This document shows, one piece after another, positions 10,911-20,933 of a DNA stretch of 64,000 bases. The stretch spans positions 38,265 through 102,264 of the forward strand of contig JAHZGA010000001.1 in NCBI GenBank assembly GCA_019421005.1. Reading direction: 5' to 3'. The notes below the pieces were generated by a model. The model was not told the origin of the DNA, made no database searches, and saw only the letters and a list, made by a program, of their open reading frames with translations. The number at the start of each line of letters is the position of its first letter. The first letter of the stretch is position 1. The translations under genes were made by a program, and so were the position numbers. This stretch comes from a bacterium (lineage in GTDB: Bacteria > Bacillota_I > Bacilli_A > RF39 > UBA660).

Positions 10911-12470
10911 TTACATATTTTCTATTTCTTTTAGTTTTTCTTCCTTATTAATTCTTTCAAAAAGAATTTTTGGTTCATTAAGTTTTATTCCTATATCTAA
11001 ACCATCAAAATTATCTAAAGAATCAATAAATCTATTTTCTGTATTTAATCTTGCAAAAATTTCATCAGCTGTTGTTGGTAAGAAAGGTTGTAATAAAACC
11101 GCACCTTGTCTAATTGCTTCTAGTAAATTATATAAAACAGTTTGAAGGCGCTCCTTTTTACTTTCATCTTTTGCTAAAATCCATGGAGTTACACAATCAA
11201 TATATTTATTACATTTTCTAAAAATATCAAATACAGCATCAAGAGCATCTGCTACTCTTAAGTTGTTAATTTTTTCATCAACTATTTCTTTAGTATTTTT
11301 AACAAAATCAATTAATTCCTGATCTATATCTTCTCTTGTAGTTGGTTCTAAAACAACTCCATCAAAATATTTATAAGCCATACTTATAGTACGATTAACT
11401 AAATTTCCTAAAGTATTAACTAAATCAGAATTATATCTTTCAATGATTAAATCATATGTAATAGTCCCATCACTGCTAAAAGGAATTTCATGTAAAACAT
11501 AATATCTAATAGCATCAACACCAAATATTTTTACCAAGGTATCAGCATACATAATATTTCCTTTAGATTTACTCATTTTATCATTACCTAATAAAATCCA
11601 TGGATGACCAAATATTCTTTTAGGTAATTCTAATCCTAAACATTTTAAGATAATAGGCCAATAAATAGTATGAAATCTTAATATATCTTTTCCTATTACA
11701 TGTAAATCTGCTGGCCAATATTTTTTAAATTCATCACTTTCAGATTCTACATCATATCCAATAAAAGTTATATAATTACTTAAAGCATCAAGCCATACAT
11801 AAACTATATGATCAGTATCAAAAGTAACTGGTATTCCCCATTTAAAGCTAGTTCTTGAAACACATAAATCTTGTAATCCTGGTTTAATAAAATTATTCAT
11901 AATTTCATTTTTTCTCATTTCAGGTTCAATAAAATCAGGATGTGTTTCTATATAGTCTTCTAACCATTTAGAATATTTAGATAGCTTTAAAAAATAAGCA
12001 TCTTCGCTAGCAGGTTTAACCTCTCTACCACAATCAGGGCATTTACCATCTACTAATTGTGATTCAGTGAAAAATGATTCACATGGTATACAATATAATC
12101 CTTCATATCTTCCTTTATAAATATCACCTTGTTTATATAATTTTTCAAAAATGCGACTTACTCGTTCAACATGTTGAGGGTTAGTTGTTCTAATAAAACG
12201 GTCATAACTTGTATTCATAACATCCCATATTCTTCTAACTTCTAAAGAAATTTCATCAACATATTGTTGTGGATCTTTATTTTGACTTATAGCCTTTTCT
12301 TCAATTTTTTGTCCATGTTCATCTGTTCCCGTTTGAAAATAAACATCATATCCTTTTAATCTTTTATAACGTGCGATAGCATCTGTTAAAACAATTTCAT
12401 AAGTATTTCCAATATGCGGTTTTGCTGATGTATATGCAATTGCTGTTGTTATATAAAACTTATCTTTCAT
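10911..12470 (-). CDS. metG: Methionyl-tRNA synthetase
   Basis: HIGN (HIGH) and KMSKS motifs. Start is at MKDKFYITT, with an AAGGAGG RBS lying inside the 3' end of dut. Confidence 0.9.
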   Translation of the reverse strand: MKDKFYITTAIAYTSAKPHIGNTYEIVLTDAIARYKRLKGYDVYFQTGTDEHGQKIEEKAISQNKDPQQYVDEISLEVRRIWDVMNTSYDRFIRTTNPQHVERVSRIFEKLYKQGDIYKGRYEGLYCIPCESFFTESQLVDGKCPDCGREVKPASEDAYFLKLSKYSKWLEDYIETHPDFIEPEMRKNEIMNNFIKPGLQDLCVSRTSFKWGIPVTFDTDHIVYVWLDALSNYITFIGYDVESESDEFKKYWPADLHVIGKDILRFHTIYWPIILKCLGLELPKRIFGHPWILLGNDKMSKSKGNIMYADTLVKIFGVDAIRYYVLHEIPFSSDGTITYDLIIERYNSDLVNTLGNLVNRTISMAYKYFDGVVLEPTTREDIDQELIDFVKNTKEIVDEKINNLRVADALDAVFDIFRKCNKYIDCVTPWILAKDESKKERLQTVLYNLLEAIRQGAVLLQPFLPTTADEIFARLNTENRFIDSLDNFDGLDIGIKLNEPKILFERINKEEKLKEIENM

Positions 12471-12954
12471 TATTATCCTCCTTATCGGTAGACCCAATTC
12501 CACCTATTCTTTCATTTTTTATTTCTTCTTCATTATCAACTGTTAAGAATTTAGTAAATATTCCTTGAATAATTTTATCACCTTTTTTTACAACATAATC
12601 TTCATTTCCATGATTCTGTAATTTTATAAAAAGATGACCTTCATTATCTATATTATTATAATAATCACTTTCAATGACACCTATTTGATTACACATTCGA
12701 ACATTATATTTAAAACCCATACTACTTCTAACAATTAAAAATAACACCTCATCATCATTCATTTGAACCTTTATACCTAATGGAATTTTCACACATTCAT
12801 TAGGTTTTAAAGTAAAATCAATAACAGAAAAAAAATCATAACCTGCACTTTTAACTGTACTTCTTTTAGGAAGTTTTAAACTATCATATAAAGAATGATT
12901 ATCTTCTATATCTTTTTTAAATTGTTCAAAACTAATTTTTTCAAAACACCTCAT
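12460..12954 (-). CDS. dut: dUTP diphosphatase (trimeric dUTPase)
   Basis: All five dUTPase motifs are present: SAGYDF, VRSSMG, GVIESDY, KIIQGIF and RIGGIGSTD. Start is at MRCFEK behind GGAGG. The 3' end overlaps the metG start by 11 nt. Confidence 0.8.
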   Translation of the reverse strand: MRCFEKISFEQFKKDIEDNHSLYDSLKLPKRSTVKSAGYDFFSVIDFTLKPNECVKIPLGIKVQMNDDEVLFLIVRSSMGFKYNVRMCNQIGVIESDYYNNIDNEGHLFIKLQNHGNEDYVVKKGDKIIQGIFTKFLTVDNEEEIKNERIGGIGSTDKEDNNER

Positions 12955-12965
12955 AATTACCTCCA

Positions 12966-13192
12966 AAAAAAAACGCCCAAATTTAAGGGCGTGATAAACC
13001 GCGGTACCACCTTAATTATAATTTATAAAAAAATTATATCTCTTTTTTTAACGCATTATTACGTCTTAACCTACATATCGATTAAGAAGTTCCAGAACCA
13101 TTTTCACATGCTTTCTTCTTATCTATTTTCACCAAACATAGACTCTCTATAAAGAATAATCACACTTCTCTTTCCTTCAACACCTTTAAACA
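12966..13192 (-). promoter_or_regulatory. T-box riboswitch leader (tRNA-sensing), including the terminator/antiterminator, controlling dut-metG
   Basis: The minus strand carries AATTAAGGTGGTACCGCGG, an 18/19 match to the T-box consensus AAUUAGGGUGGUACCGCGG. It is immediately followed by the hairpin ACGCCC-ttaaattt-GGGCGT plus a U9 run, then GGAGG and the dut ATG. Confidence 0.75.
12967..13000 (-). terminator. Intrinsic terminator of the T-box leader
   Basis: Stem ACGCCC/GGGCGT (+12971-12992) followed by nine U on the minus strand. Confidence 0.65.
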
Positions 13193-13198
13193 TAACGA

Positions 13199-13227
13199 TT
13201 ATATCATAATTTTTTTTATTCTTCAAG
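13199..13227 (-). promoter_or_regulatory. Sigma-A-type promoter for the T-box leader
   Basis: Minus strand reads TTGAAG-17-TATAAT. It overlaps the 3' end of spoVT. Confidence 0.4.
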
Positions 13228-13749
13228 ATGTTTTGCTAAAAATTTCGCGCTTATCTGGGTGATTTTTTCATCAGTTGTTGTTATTGCATCTTCTGTTGAA
13301 AATAATATTACTAGTCCAACTGCATCTCCAGATGTAACAATAGTACTTATAACATAAGTAGCTTCTACTTTATCATTATCAATTAAACTAATATCTTTTT
13401 TATGTTTTTCAAATAAGTTTTCCCTTCTATTTATAGATGATAATAATTTTTCACTTATCGGTTGATTTAAATATTTCTTTTTTAATGGTCCTGAAAAAGC
13501 AATTATATTATCTGTGTCAGTTATTAAAATATTATGATTAGTAAATGTATTAATAGCTTCAGTAAAACTCTGCGCTAAATCATCAATTTTATTAAGTAAA
13601 GAATATTTTTGTAAAACTATTTTTTCTTCATTTTCAATATATATTTCTAGATTTTCTCCTTCTCTTATTCTTAAATTTTTTCTAATTTCTTTTGGTATTA
13701 CAATTCTTCCTAAATCATCAATTCTTCTAACAACACCTGTTGCTTTCAT
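13216..13749 (-). CDS. spoVT: Stage V sporulation protein T (AbrB-like SpoVT)
   Basis: N-terminus MKATGVVRRIDDLGRIVIPKEIRKNLRIREGE is near-identical to B. subtilis SpoVT, followed by a GAF-like C-terminus. It neighbours mfd, as in Bacillus. Confidence 0.8.
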   Translation of the reverse strand: MKATGVVRRIDDLGRIVIPKEIRKNLRIREGENLEIYIENEEKIVLQKYSLLNKIDDLAQSFTEAINTFTNHNILITDTDNIIAFSGPLKKKYLNQPISEKLLSSINRRENLFEKHKKDISLIDNDKVEATYVISTIVTSGDAVGLVILFSTEDAITTTDEKITQISAKFLAKHLEE

Positions 13750-13854
13750 AAATACCTCACTTTCTAAATAATATTCTGTGTTAAAAATAATTATTTATAC
13801 TTATTAACTATTAAAAAATGTGTTATAATTATCTATATGAAGGAGGAAATATTT

Positions 13855-15480
13855 ATGGAAAATATTTTTATATTTGGACACAAAAAACCTGATACCGACA
13901 GTGTTACTTCAGCAATTGCTTTATCATATTTAAAAAATAGTTTAGGTTTTAAAACTGAACCAATGGTTTTAGGTGATATTAACAATGAAACTAATTTTGC
14001 TTTAAAATATTTCAATGTTAGTTCTCCAAGATATCTTAATGATGTTAAATTACAATTAAAAGATTTAAATTATCAAAAAGATTTCTTATTAGAAGAACAC
14101 AGTTCAATTGAAAGTGCTTATTTGAAAATGCGCGGTTCAAATATTAGTTCTATTCCTATAATTGATGATGATAATAAATTTTTAGGTACAGCTTCTATGA
14201 AAGATATTGCTAAAAATTTAATCGGTGAAAGTGATACTTTTTTAAATACTTCTTATGCTAATATAGTTAAAACTTTAAAGGGAAAAGAATTATTAAAAAT
14301 TGATGATGAAATTAAAGGAAATATCTTAATAGCATCATATCGAAGTACAACATTTATGGAAAATGTTAAAGTTGATGAAAACACTATTTTAATTGTAGGG
14401 GATAGACATTCTGTTATTGAATATGCAATTGAAAATAAAGTTAAATTATTAATTCTTTCAGGTAACAGTTATATTAAAGATAGACATTTAAAAGCTGCAA
14501 AGAAAAATAATGTTAATATTATTAAAACTAATTTTGATACATTTAATACTTCTCAAAGAATTATTTTATCTAATTATGTTTCTAATATAACAACTAAAAA
14601 TAAAATAATTTCTTTTAATGAAAATGAATATGTTCGTGATTTTAAAGAAGTTGCTAGCAAAACTAAATTTAGTAATTATCCTATCATTAATGATAATAAT
14701 GAATGTTTAGGTATATTAAGATTAGCTGATATTGAAGATAAAAATAAGAAAAAAGTTATTTTAGTTGATCATAATGAAAAATCACAAAGTGTAGATGGAC
14801 TTGAAGAAGCTGAAATAATTGAAATTGTTGATCATCATAAAATTGGTACTATTGGTACTTCTAATCCAATTAATTTTAGAAATATGCCAGTAGGAAGTAC
14901 AAATACAATTCTTTATAGTTTATTTAAAGAAAATAATGTTGCTATTCCTAGTAAAATTGCTGGTTTAATGCTATCAGGTATTATTTCTGATACTTTACTT
15001 TTTATGTCACCAACAACTACAGAAATGGACAAAGTTGCTGTTAATGATTTAGCTAAAATTGCTAAAGTTAATTATGAAAAATTTGGTAAAGAAATGTTTA
15101 AAGAGGGTTCTGTTTTAAAAGGTAAAACTAAAGAAGAAATTTTATATAGTGATTTTAAAAACTTTAGTATTGAAAATGAAAAAATCGGTATCGGACAAAT
15201 TAATACTTTAAATATTGATGAAATAAAAAAAGATCAAGATGAATATGTTAATTTAATTAATAAAGTTGCTAATAGTCTTGATTACTTAATAGTTGCATTA
15301 TTTGCAACCGATCTTTTGAATAAAGGATCATATATTTTCTATAATGATTCAGCTAAAGAAATTTTAGAAAAAAGTTTTGGAATTGAAAATTTAACTCAAG
15401 GTTATTTCATTAAAGATTGTATGTCCAGAAAAAAACAAATAATTCCACCAATAATGAATTTATTGGATAAAAGCATATAA
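13855..15480 (+). CDS. ppaC: Family II manganese-dependent inorganic pyrophosphatase with a CBS-pair insertion (CBS-PPase)
   Basis: DHH N-terminus FGHKKPDTDS and DHHA2 C-terminus with a CBS pair inserted between them. An AGGAGG RBS lies before the ATG at 13855. Confidence 0.8.
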   Translation: MENIFIFGHKKPDTDSVTSAIALSYLKNSLGFKTEPMVLGDINNETNFALKYFNVSSPRYLNDVKLQLKDLNYQKDFLLEEHSSIESAYLKMRGSNISSIPIIDDDNKFLGTASMKDIAKNLIGESDTFLNTSYANIVKTLKGKELLKIDDEIKGNILIASYRSTTFMENVKVDENTILIVGDRHSVIEYAIENKVKLLILSGNSYIKDRHLKAAKKNNVNIIKTNFDTFNTSQRIILSNYVSNITTKNKIISFNENEYVRDFKEVASKTKFSNYPIINDNNECLGILRLADIEDKNKKKVILVDHNEKSQSVDGLEEAEIIEIVDHHKIGTIGTSNPINFRNMPVGSTNTILYSLFKENNVAIPSKIAGLMLSGIISDTLLFMSPTTTEMDKVAVNDLAKIAKVNYEKFGKEMFKEGSVLKGKTKEEILYSDFKNFSIENEKIGIGQINTLNIDEIKKDQDEYVNLINKVANSLDYLIVALFATDLLNKGSYIFYNDSAKEILEKSFGIENLTQGYFIKDCMSRKKQIIPPIMNLLDKSI

Positions 15481-15515
15481 AAAAAAAGGTGTTCTACCCT
15501 TGTTTTTTTATACTT
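15481..15515. terminator. Possible bidirectional terminator between the convergent ppaC and mfd
   Basis: A9-GGTGTTCTACCCTTG-T7 forms only a weak 4-6 bp stem. Confidence 0.3.
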
Positions 15516-18500
15516 TCTTTTACTATTAAAAGTAAATCAATTAAATAGTAAATAAAATGTTTTTCTAATTTGATCGTATCTAAAATAATTGCTAGTGATT
15601 CATTATACATTTTAAATCTAAACATTCTACTTAAATTATTTACTTCCATAAATAATTTTTGTCCATCAATATTTTTGGTTATTTCTAATGGAAAAATAAT
15701 TTCAACAAAATTTTTAGTTTGAGTTATTTTAGTTATATTTAATTCATTCGTTAATGCTTCAAACCAACTTTCATACATATAAATAATTAAATTTTCAGGT
15801 AATTTACCAAAACGATCAGTTAATTCATTTAAAGTTTTATTTAAATCGTCCTTATTTTTAATTTGATTTATTTTTTGATGTATTTCAATTTTTAATTCTG
15901 ATTCTTTAGCAACTGAATCATCTATAGTTGTTTCAACTTCTAATAAAGTTTTATTTTCTTTTAATTCTGGTTTTTTAACTTCATTTCCTTTTAATTTACT
16001 TACCTCCTCATTAAGTAGTTCTAAAAATAAATCTATTCCAACTGCTGATACAAAACCAGCTTGTTCACTTCCTAGTATATCCCCTGCTCCTCTTAAGGCA
16101 AGATCTCTCATAGCAATTTTAAATCCGCTACCAAGTTCAGTAAATTCCTTTATTGCTTTTAATCTTTTAACTGCTATATCATTTAGCATTTTATGTTCAT
16201 CATACATTAAATAACAATATGCAATTTTATCACTTCTCCCAACTCTTCCTCTTATTTGATATAATTGCGATAGACCAAAACGATCACTATCTAAAATTAT
16301 CAATGTGTTAACGGTTGGAATATCTATTCCAGTTTCAATTATTGTTGTACATATTAATATATCATATAATTTTTCAGTAAAGTCCATCATAACATTCTCA
16401 AGTTTTGTTTTATCCATTCTACCATGAGCATAAGCAATTTTAGCTTCTGGAACTAGTAAAGAAATTTGATTTACTTTTTCTAACATATCTTCAACTTTGT
16501 TATATAAAATAAATACTTGACCACCTCTAGATATTTCTTTATAAATGGCATCTTTAATTATTTGAATATTCTCTTTTAAAACATAGGTTTGAACTGGAAA
16601 ACGGTTAACAGGCGGAGTTTCAATTAATGATAAATCTCTAACTCCAGTCATTGACATTTGTAAAGTTCTAGGAATTGGGGTTGCTGATAAAGTTAAAACA
16701 TCAATAGAATTTTTATATTTTTTTATTTTTTCTTTATGTTTAACTCCAAAGCGTTGTTCCTCATCTATAACTAATAATCCTAAATTTTTAAATTGAACAT
16801 CATCACTTAAAATTCGATGAGTTCCTATTATCAAGTCAATTTTTCCTTCTTTTAATCTTTCCAATATATTTTTCCTTTGTTTAAAAGTTGTAAAACGATT
16901 TAATAATTCAATATTAACCGGGAATTGTTTAAATCTTTCTAAAGCATTTTTATAGTGCTGGTGCGATAGTATAGTTGTTGGACATAAAATTGCTGTTTGT
17001 TTGTTAGACATTATAGCTTTAAATATAGCACGAAAAGCAACTTCTGTTTTCCCGTAACCAACATCTCCACATAATAATCTATCCATAGGTCTATTTTTTT
17101 CCATATCATTTTTAATTTGTTCATAAGCCTTTAGTTGATCAACTGTTGGTTCAAATGGAAATTGTTGAGCAAATACAATTGCTTCTTTTCCATCTTTATC
17201 AAAAGAAAATCCTTCAACCATTTGTCTTTTAGCATAAAGTTCTAGTAATTCAGGGGCAATTGTTTCTATCTTTTTTTGAATTTTCATTCTTGTTTTTTGC
17301 CATGCAGTGCTGTTAAGACTATTCATTTTAACTTCGGTACCTTCTTTTGATGAATATTTATTTATTAATTCAATTTGTTCAACTGGAATATATAGTTTAT
17401 CATCACCCTTATATTCAATTTGTAAATAATCTTTTTTTAATCCATTTTTTGTTAAGGTTTTTAATCCACAGTATCTTCCAATTCCATGGGCATAATGAAC
17501 AATATAATCGCCTATTTCTAGTTTATTTATATCTCTTAATTTTGTCCCTAGTTTAAAATTAGATTTATATTGCTTTTTTTCTTTTATATTAAACATTTCT
17601 TTACAGCTTATAATCATCATTTTATTAAATATAAATCCTTCGGTTATATCTTTAATTATAATATTAATTTTATTATTTATTATTTCTGATTCATTAGTAA
17701 AAATAAAGTCATCATCATTAAATTGTTCTAATAAATTATTTACTTGATATCTATTTTGAAGACAAATAATAATTTGATTATTTTTTAAAGATTTTTTCAA
17801 AAATTGTTTTTTTTCATCAAAACTTCCTTTTAAGATATCAATTTGTTTAGAGTTAAATCTTGTACCTATATTTTCATCTAAATCACTGAAAGTATAATAT
17901 TTTTTAGGAAGTATTGATAAAAAATCATTCATATATTTTGTATTACTAGGTAAATCTAAACTTTTATTATATTCGTTTATTTCTTGGTTTAATGTTTCAT
18001 TGCCTTGTTCTATTGCTTTATAATCATTAAAAAATGTAATTGGATTATCTAAATAGGTTTCAATATTTACTATTTGAGTATATTTTCCTAAATTACGATA
18101 TAATTCATTTTCAGGTTTTTCTTTATCAGTTAAAAATTCTGTTTTAGGACTTATTTCAATTCTATCTATTTTTTTTATTGTTAATTGGGTATCAACATTA
18201 ATTTCTTTTATGCTTTCTATTTCATCTCCCCAAAATTCAATTCTAACAGGATTTTCATATGCAACTGGAAAGATATCTACTACAAAACCTCTAACTGCCA
18301 TTTCTCCAGTTTTATTTACAATGGTTTCTCTTGTATATCCAATATTATTTAATTTTTTTATAAGATTTTCAATTGATATTTGAGTATCATTATTGATAGA
18401 AAAATAGTTTTTTTGATAAGTAGTTGGATTAGGTAAATATCTTAAATATCCCATCAAGTTAGTTATAACTATTTGATTATTATTTTTTATTAAAGATTTT

Positions 18501-18781
18501 AAAGTTTCAAGTCTTGTTACTTCTAATTCTGGTGATACTGCTAAAGCTTCACTTGTTAAAAAATCATCCATTGGAAAAAGCAAAATCTTATTGGTATATT
18601 TTGCTAGAGAATTATATATTTTATTTGCTTCATATAAACTATTACATACTAATAGAATTGATTTTTTATTTTGACAAAACATATTATAAATATAAATACT
18701 TTTTAATTCATCAGTTAATCCTATTATGTTATAGTTGTTCATATTAATTTCAAAAATTTTATCAAACATTATATCATCCAT
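15494..18781 (-). CDS. mfd: Transcription-repair coupling factor Mfd
   Basis: 1095 aa with RecG-like helicase motifs GDVGYGKTEVA and DEEQRFG, and a TRG/CarD-like domain. Exact start is uncertain (MDDIM.. or MFDK..). Confidence 0.9.
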   Translation of the reverse strand: MDDIMFDKIFEINMNNYNIIGLTDELKSIYIYNMFCQNKKSILLVCNSLYEANKIYNSLAKYTNKILLFPMDDFLTSEALAVSPELEVTRLETLKSLIKNNNQIVITNLMGYLRYLPNPTTYQKNYFSINNDTQISIENLIKKLNNIGYTRETIVNKTGEMAVRGFVVDIFPVAYENPVRIEFWGDEIESIKEINVDTQLTIKKIDRIEISPKTEFLTDKEKPENELYRNLGKYTQIVNIETYLDNPITFFNDYKAIEQGNETLNQEINEYNKSLDLPSNTKYMNDFLSILPKKYYTFSDLDENIGTRFNSKQIDILKGSFDEKKQFLKKSLKNNQIIICLQNRYQVNNLLEQFNDDDFIFTNESEIINNKINIIIKDITEGFIFNKMMIISCKEMFNIKEKKQYKSNFKLGTKLRDINKLEIGDYIVHYAHGIGRYCGLKTLTKNGLKKDYLQIEYKGDDKLYIPVEQIELINKYSSKEGTEVKMNSLNSTAWQKTRMKIQKKIETIAPELLELYAKRQMVEGFSFDKDGKEAIVFAQQFPFEPTVDQLKAYEQIKNDMEKNRPMDRLLCGDVGYGKTEVAFRAIFKAIMSNKQTAILCPTTILSHQHYKNALERFKQFPVNIELLNRFTTFKQRKNILERLKEGKIDLIIGTHRILSDDVQFKNLGLLVIDEEQRFGVKHKEKIKKYKNSIDVLTLSATPIPRTLQMSMTGVRDLSLIETPPVNRFPVQTYVLKENIQIIKDAIYKEISRGGQVFILYNKVEDMLEKVNQISLLVPEAKIAYAHGRMDKTKLENVMMDFTEKLYDILICTTIIETGIDIPTVNTLIILDSDRFGLSQLYQIRGRVGRSDKIAYCYLMYDEHKMLNDIAVKRLKAIKEFTELGSGFKIAMRDLALRGAGDILGSEQAGFVSAVGIDLFLELLNEEVSKLKGNEVKKPELKENKTLLEVETTIDDSVAKESELKIEIHQKINQIKNKDDLNKTLNELTDRFGKLPENLIIYMYESWFEALTNELNITKITQTKNFVEIIFPLEITKNIDGQKLFMEVNNLSRMFRFKMYNESLAIILDTIKLEKHFIYYLIDLLLIVKESIKKQG

Positions 18782-18794
18782 TCTGCTTCAAAGA

Positions 18795-19355
18795 TTACTT
18801 ATGATTATATTTATTCATTAAAGTATCAAAATCTTTTTCAATAAAATCTTCAAGAATTTTATTTGTTATTTCTAAAACTGGTTTTAGTTGTTCTAATTGT
18901 TCATTTTTAAATTTTGACAAAACATAATTTTTAGTATCAATTTCTTTATCTTTAGAAATTCCTATTTTTAATCGTTTAAAGTTTTCTGTATTTAAATTTA
19001 GAATTATATTTTTAATTCCATTATGACCCGCACTGCTACCTTTACTTCGTAAACGATATTTTCCTATATTTAAATCCATATCATCATAAACTATTAAAAT
19101 ATCATTTTTATCTATTTTATAAAAGTTAATAAATTTTATTATGGCTTCACCTGATAAGTTCATATATGTTTCTGGTTTCACTAGAATTAAGTCATTACCA
19201 TCAATTTTAACTTTAGCATATAAACTATTAAATTTTTTGTTATCAATCTTTATATTTTTATTTCGTGCGAATTCATCTATAACCATGTATCCAATATTAT
19301 GTCTTGTATTGATATAATTTTTTCCAGGATTACCTAATCCTACTATCATTTTCAA
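18795..19355 (-). CDS. pth: Peptidyl-tRNA hydrolase
   Basis: N-terminal motif GLGNPG..Y..TRHN.G. Confidence 0.9.
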   Translation of the reverse strand: MKMIVGLGNPGKNYINTRHNIGYMVIDEFARNKNIKIDNKKFNSLYAKVKIDGNDLILVKPETYMNLSGEAIIKFINFYKIDKNDILIVYDDMDLNIGKYRLRSKGSSAGHNGIKNIILNLNTENFKRLKIGISKDKEIDTKNYVLSKFKNEQLEQLKPVLEITNKILEDFIEKDFDTLMNKYNHK

Positions 19356-19360
19356 TTAAA

Positions 19361-20200
19361 TCACCTCTTTTGATGGTATTCTTTATATACCACATTTTTT
19401 GTAAGTTTACGATCTTTTGCCACTTGCTTTATAGATTCTTTAATTTCTAAACCATCTAGTAAGTATAAATTAATATGTTCTAGAATACTGATGTTTTGAT
19501 AATCTATTTTTCCATTATTACCAGATAGTACAATTACAATTTCACCTTTTACATTTTCTGTTTCTTTAATTACTTCTTCAATATTTCCCCGATATATTTC
19601 TTCAAATTTTTTAGTTATTTCCCGGGAAATACTAATTTTTCTATTTCCCAATATTTCTAGCATATCATTTAATGTTTTTGATAAGCGATGTGGAGCTTCA
19701 TAGAAAATTAAAGTCATTGGATAATTTTTTAATTCTTTTAATTGTTTCTGGCGCTTTGTTTCTTTGGCGTCTAAAAAGCCATAAAAAAGAAAGGCTCTAG
19801 CGTCAAGTCCAGAACTAGTTAAAGCTGGTATTAAAGCAGTTGGTCCAGGAATACTTATAACATTAAAATTATTTTTAATTGCTTCTTTGACTAATTCACA
19901 TCCAGGATCACTTATTATTGGTGTACCTCTATCACTTACAAGTCCAACCGTTTTATTATTTTTTAATAGTTCTATTAACTTTTTTTTATTTTCTTTTTCA
20001 TTGTGTAAATGGTTTGTAATTAATTTACATTTAATATTTAAATGTTTTAAGAGTAAACCTGTTACCCTAGTATCCTCACAAAAAAGAACATCAATTTGTT
20101 TTAGAATTTTTATTGTTCTCAAGGTTATATCATCAAAATTACCAATAGGAGTTGGTAGTAAATATAAGCTTGGATTATTATTATAACTTTTCTGCGACAT
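19361..20200 (-). CDS. rsmI: 16S rRNA (cytidine1402-2'-O)-methyltransferase RsmI (YabC)
   Basis: LYLLPTPIGN..DIT.R motif. Start is at MSQKS, behind an AGGTGA RBS. Confidence 0.8.
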   Translation of the reverse strand: MSQKSYNNNPSLYLLPTPIGNFDDITLRTIKILKQIDVLFCEDTRVTGLLLKHLNIKCKLITNHLHNEKENKKKLIELLKNNKTVGLVSDRGTPIISDPGCELVKEAIKNNFNVISIPGPTALIPALTSSGLDARAFLFYGFLDAKETKRQKQLKELKNYPMTLIFYEAPHRLSKTLNDMLEILGNRKISISREITKKFEEIYRGNIEEVIKETENVKGEIVIVLSGNNGKIDYQNISILEHINLYLLDGLEIKESIKQVAKDRKLTKNVVYKEYHQKR

Positions 20201-20204
20201 TTTA

Positions 20205-20933
20205 TCACCTATTTTCAAAAAATTTTCTTACTTGTTTTGTATATTCTCCATTATTCTCATGAACAAATATAGGTTCCAATACTTTTAATCCTGAATTTCC
20301 ATTTTTTTTAGCTTCTATTAATAACATGTTAGCTTCACTATTGATTTTAGGATAAATAAATTGAATTTTTTTAGGTTCAAGATTATTTCTTTTTAATGTT
20401 TCTAGAATTTCTAACAATCTTTCAGGACGATGGACAAGTGCTAGTAAACCTTTATTTTTTAATAATTTTTTACTTATTTTACATAATGCTTCTATATTTA
20501 AGGTTACTTCATGACGAGCAATTGTTTTATAATCGCTTTGATTTAAGTTAGAATTTTTAATTACTTTAAAATATGGAGGATTACAAGTAATAATATCAAA
20601 ACTTTCCGTTGGAATTGTTTTAGCTATTTCATTTATATCATCATTTATAATTTCTATTTGGTCATTTAGATTGTTTAATTCAATACTTTTTTTTGCTAAT
20701 AATGCGACATCTTTTTGAATTTCAACTCCTTTTATTTTTGCTGAAGTTAAAGTTGATAGTATTATAGGAATTGGAGCATTTCCACAACCAATATCTAAAA
20801 TGTTTTTTACGTTTTTATTTATTGTTACAAAATTTGGTAATAGTACAGAATCTAAAGAAAAACTAAACATTTGATTATTCTGAACAATTTTTAAGTTTTT
20901 ATATCCTAATAAATCATTTACAACATCCATCAT
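20205..20933 (-). CDS. Class I SAM-dependent N6-adenine methyltransferase (YabB/TrmN6-like tRNA m6A37 methyltransferase)
   Basis: SAM motif DIGCGNA and the NPPY(F) catalytic motif. It occupies the yabB position next to rsmI. Confidence 0.65.
   Translation of the reverse strand: MMDVVNDLLGYKNLKIVQNNQMFSFSLDSVLLPNFVTINKNVKNILDIGCGNAPIPIILSTLTSAKIKGVEIQKDVALLAKKSIELNNLNDQIEIINDDINEIAKTIPTESFDIITCNPPYFKVIKNSNLNQSDYKTIARHEVTLNIEALCKISKKLLKNKGLLALVHRPERLLEILETLKRNNLEPKKIQFIYPKINSEANMLLIEAKKNGNSGLKVLEPIFVHENNGEYTKQVRKFFENR

Noticed and set aside
12895-13152. 85-aa plus-strand ORF in the dut-spoVT spacer.
   Set aside because: It is antisense to the T-box leader and terminator, which better explains the sequence conservation. 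It has no RBS.
13833-14015. 60-aa minus-strand ORF.
   Set aside because: It is antisense to the 5' end of the well-supported ppaC gene.
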